Below, in pieces: positions 60,422-63,268 of a stretch of DNA of 63,268 nucleotides. Origin of the DNA: Candidatus Saccharimonadia bacterium (GTDB lineage: Bacteria > Patescibacteriota > Saccharimonadia > UBA4664 > JBIOIQ01); assembly GCA_044449985.1 (NCBI GenBank), contig JBIOIQ010000005.1:1-63268 (forward strand). The letters are read 5' to 3'. Each line of letters opens with the position of its first letter. The first letter of the stretch is position 1. A program made the position numbers and the translations under genes. Under the pieces are notes generated by a model that had not been told where the DNA came from, searched no databases, and saw only the letters and a program-made list of their open reading frames with translations.

Positions 60422-63043
60422 TTGAACTTAGTTACCAAAATCATGGGCGATCCGAATGCGCGGGAGATAAAACGGGCTGAGCCGAAAATTGCCAAAATCA
60501 ATGCCCTTGAAGAAGATATCAAAAGCTTAAGTGACGGGGAACTGCGTGCTCAAACCGCAAAGCTTCGGTCTGAGATTGAAAAAGGTCGAAGTCTTGACGA
60601 TATTTTACCGGAAGCTTTTGCCAGTGTTCGCGAAGCAGCTCAACGCGCCATTGGGCAACGACATTTTGATGTGCAGTTGATTGGTGGCATTGTGCTTCAT
60701 GAAGGCAAAATTGCCGAAATGCGCACCGGTGAAGGCAAAACTTTGGTGGCGACTGCGCCGGTCTATTTAAACGCTTTGACCGGAAGAGGCGTACATATAG
60801 TGACGGTTAATGATTATTTGGCCACATTACACGGTGCCTGGATGGGAAAAATTTATTACGCTCTTGGGCTCTCGACCGGAATCATCATTCATGAGCAAGC
60901 CTTAATGTATGATCCGGATTACACGAATGAGCTTCATGAAGATCCCCGAATGCAACCCTTGCGTCCGGTCAGTCGTCAGCAAGCCTACCAAGCCGATATT
61001 ACTTATGGAACAAATAATGAATTCGGTTTTGATTACCTGCGCGACAATATGGTTGATGATGTGCATAAAATGGTTCAAAGGCCGCTCCATTATGCGATTG
61101 TCGATGAGGTTGACTCGATTCTAATCGATGAAGCCAGGACCCCGCTGATAATCTCGGCGCCGGCCGAAGAAAGTACTGATAAATATTTTCAATTCTCGCG
61201 TCTGGCTGCCAGGTTAAATCCAGAAACGGATTACACTGTTGATGAGAAATTAAAAGCTGTTAGCTTAACCGATGAAGGCATTGCGGCTATCGAAAAAGTA
61301 TTAGGGGTCGAAAATGTTTACGAAGCTGGGCGAATCGATGATGTGCATCATATTGAACAATCGTTAAAGGCGGAAGCCCTCTTTCGGCGTGATCGGGATT
61401 ATGTCGTTCGCGACGGAGAAATTATTATTGTCGATGAATTTACTGGGCGCTTAATGTTTGGTCGGCGCTACAGCGAAGGCTTGCATCAGGCCATCGAGGC
61501 CAAAGAGGGGGTGCAGGTCAAAAATGAGTCTCTAACTCTTGCCACCATTACGTTTCAAAATTACTTTCGTTTATATGAGAAGCTTGCTGGAATGACGGGA
61601 ACTGCCGCAACTGAAGCCGAAGAGTTCGGGAAAATCTATGAGCTCGACGTTACAACCATTCCAACGCACCGACCGATGGTCAGGCAAGATATGTCAGATC
61701 GGATCTATAAAACGGAACTGGGTAAATTCCGAGCTGTAGCCGGAGAAATTGCCGAGCGCCATAAAAATGGTCAACCGGTGCTCTTGGGTACCGTTTCAAT
61801 TGAGAAAAATGAAATACTCTCAGGAATACTCAATCAGCTTAATATTGAGCATACGGTCTTAAACGCGAAAAATAACGAAGCCGAAGCCTCAATTATCGCG
61901 GCCGCCGGTCAGCGTGGGGCGGTGACTCTGGCTACCAATATTGCCGGTCGAGGAACCGATATTATGCTGGGACACGGTGTTGATAAATTGGGTGGCTTGC
62001 ATGTAATTGGGACTGAGCGACATGAATCGAGGCGGATTGATAATCAGCTGCGAGGTCGCTCCGGCAGACAAGGCGACCCCGGATCAACTCAATTTTATGT
62101 GTCACTCGAAGACGATTTAATGCGCATCTTTGGGGGCGAGCGGATTGGTGCGATGATGGAAAATTTGGGCATCGACGACCAGACCCCGATCGAGAACAAA
62201 ATCATCACTCGTTCGATAGAAAGTGCCCAGAAAAAAGTCGAAGGTCATAACTTTGATATCCGTAAACAGCTAGTCGAGTATGACGACGTTATGAACAAGC
62301 ACCGCACCGCGGTCTATTCGAGACGCCGAAAAGCCCTCGAGAATGAAAATTTACGACCCGATATACTCGGATTTATCGAGCACGAAATTACTGCCGCCGT
62401 TGCGGCGCATCGAGACGAGAAGACCGGACAAGTCAGTGAAGAAGCTTTGTTTGAAGCGATTGGCTCAATGTTGCCGCTCAGTGAGGAGCTAAAAGTACGG
62501 ATTAAAGCTGCCCACCACAGCGAGCTGGTGTCGCTTATTACCGAAGAGGCCGGAAAAATTTACGAACAAAGAATTGCGCAGTTTGGCGAAGAACCGATGC
62601 GACTGATGGAGCGCTTAATCTACTTACGGGTGCTCGATAATTTATGGATTGAACACTTAGAAGCGATGGATAGCTTACGTAGCGGTATTGGACTTCGCGC
62701 CGTTGGACAGAGAGATCCGCTGGTTGAGTATAAGAGCGAAAGCTTTAAGATGTATAAAAACCTGGTGGCGTTAATGGAAGCCGAGATAGCTTCGACTATC
62801 TTTAAGAGCTCAATCGGACCGGCCGAGAGCGCCGAGTTACCGGTTGAAACTGCTCTTACAAAAGCCGCTAAAGAAGCGGATACCAATGCTCCGACCGATG
62901 AGCCGAGAAAAAAACCTACTCAAAAATCCGCCAAAACGGTCATTGACGGGAAAAAAATTGGCCGGAATGATTTGTGTCCTTGCGGCTCAGGCCTTAAGTA
63001 TAAAAAGTGCGGCATGATATCCGCACCTCAACATAAGGGGTAA
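60422..63043 (+). CDS. secA: Preprotein translocase ATPase SecA
   Basis: MRTGEGKTL Walker A, DEVDSILIDEARTPLIIS, TNIAGRGTDI, and a C-terminal zinc finger CPCGSGLKYKKCG. The TTG start gives a canonical LVTKIMG..N.REIKR N-terminus. Confidence 0.97.
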   Translation: MNLVTKIMGDPNAREIKRAEPKIAKINALEEDIKSLSDGELRAQTAKLRSEIEKGRSLDDILPEAFASVREAAQRAIGQRHFDVQLIGGIVLHEGKIAEMRTGEGKTLVATAPVYLNALTGRGVHIVTVNDYLATLHGAWMGKIYYALGLSTGIIIHEQALMYDPDYTNELHEDPRMQPLRPVSRQQAYQADITYGTNNEFGFDYLRDNMVDDVHKMVQRPLHYAIVDEVDSILIDEARTPLIISAPAEESTDKYFQFSRLAARLNPETDYTVDEKLKAVSLTDEGIAAIEKVLGVENVYEAGRIDDVHHIEQSLKAEALFRRDRDYVVRDGEIIIVDEFTGRLMFGRRYSEGLHQAIEAKEGVQVKNESLTLATITFQNYFRLYEKLAGMTGTAATEAEEFGKIYELDVTTIPTHRPMVRQDMSDRIYKTELGKFRAVAGEIAERHKNGQPVLLGTVSIEKNEILSGILNQLNIEHTVLNAKNNEAEASIIAAAGQRGAVTLATNIAGRGTDIMLGHGVDKLGGLHVIGTERHESRRIDNQLRGRSGRQGDPGSTQFYVSLEDDLMRIFGGERIGAMMENLGIDDQTPIENKIITRSIESAQKKVEGHNFDIRKQLVEYDDVMNKHRTAVYSRRRKALENENLRPDILGFIEHEITAAVAAHRDEKTGQVSEEALFEAIGSMLPLSEELKVRIKAAHHSELVSLITEEAGKIYEQRIAQFGEEPMRLMERLIYLRVLDNLWIEHLEAMDSLRSGIGLRAVGQRDPLVEYKSESFKMYKNLVALMEAEIASTIFKSSIGPAESAELPVETALTKAAKEADTNAPTDEPRKKPTQKSAKTVIDGKKIGRNDLCPCGSGLKYKKCGMISAPQHKG

Positions 63044-63051
63044 CAAATACA

Positions 63052-63268
63052 GTGGATAATATTCCTGAAAATGCCGACAAAGTATTTTCAGGAATATTAT
63101 TTGACGTCTATCAATGGCCGCAGACCCTCTATGATGGTAAGGAGGTAACCTTTGAAGCAGTGTCCCGTCGCCCAACCGTTCAGGTTATTGCCGTAAAAGG
63201 CGATGAAATAGTCTTGCTGCATGAAGAGCAGCCTATGAAAGCCTTAAGCTTTAATTTAATTGGCGGAC
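63052..63268 (+). CDS. Partial CDS (5' part), possibly a NUDIX-type hydrolase; runs off the window
   Basis: Open frame from the GTG at 63052 to the window end (VDNIPENADKVFSGILFDVYQWPQTLYDGKEVTFEAVSRRPTVQVIAVKGDEIVLLHEEQ...). This resembles the N-terminal beta-strand region of ADP-ribose pyrophosphatase-like proteins. The Nudix box itself lies beyond the window. Confidence 0.4.
   Translation, partial: MDNIPENADKVFSGILFDVYQWPQTLYDGKEVTFEAVSRRPTVQVIAVKGDEIVLLHEEQPMKALSFNLIGG

Overview
This 63.3-kb window is a compact housekeeping region of a small bacterial genome. My inference is that it comes from a CPR/Patescibacteria-like lineage; I cannot verify this without searches. The clues are a 23S gene with two introns, a class I LysRS, an INS-less ProRS, tsf-frr without pyrH, and many 1-4 nt gene overlaps.

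Content, in order:
- A low-complexity C/G tract at the contig edge, probably an artefact.
- A stand-alone 23S-5S rRNA unit with no 16S or spacer tRNAs upstream. It has a boxB/boxA-like leader and a 17-bp processing stem. The 23S is 4.28 kb because it carries two group I introns 20 nt apart (E. coli positions about L1931 and L1951) plus three AT-rich expansion blocks. The second intron encodes a single-motif LAGLIDADG endonuclease.
- About 60 protein genes, mostly translation, secretion, division and envelope functions: rpsA, ylxR, infB, rbfA, fmt, def, priA, secDF, recJ, hisS, rpsU, ybeY, dgkA, adk, map, ftsA, ftsZ, yggT, ileS with a T-box leader, a SEDS protein, rplU, parAB, lepB, an LCP protein, htrA, prfA, prmC, rpmE, rpsB, tsf, frr, uppS, rseP, proS, mreBCD, PBP2, greA, class I lysRS, serS, hpf and secA.

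I saw no CRISPR array, transposase, integrase or phage genes.

The two loci I cannot explain with standard features are:
1. 30390-31217, between ftsZ and yggT, where sepF-type genes usually sit. It holds a near-consensus promoter, an antiterminator/terminator hairpin pair, two non-canonical tRNA-like genes, about 200 nt of GC-rich structured non-coding sequence, a truncated paralogue remnant and a 19-bp hairpin. One tRNA-like gene has 72 nt in place of the anticodon/variable region. The other has Ala identity elements (G3.U70, A73, encoded CCA) but an aberrant anticodon loop.
2. 23227-23866, a sharply GC-enriched cassette. It holds a consensus promoter, a strong SD, a 97-aa ORF coupled by an ATGA overlap to a 51-aa Arg-rich ORF, and a strong terminator only 14 nt before the HIT gene start.

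All product calls rest on motifs read from the translations and on synteny. No database search was possible.
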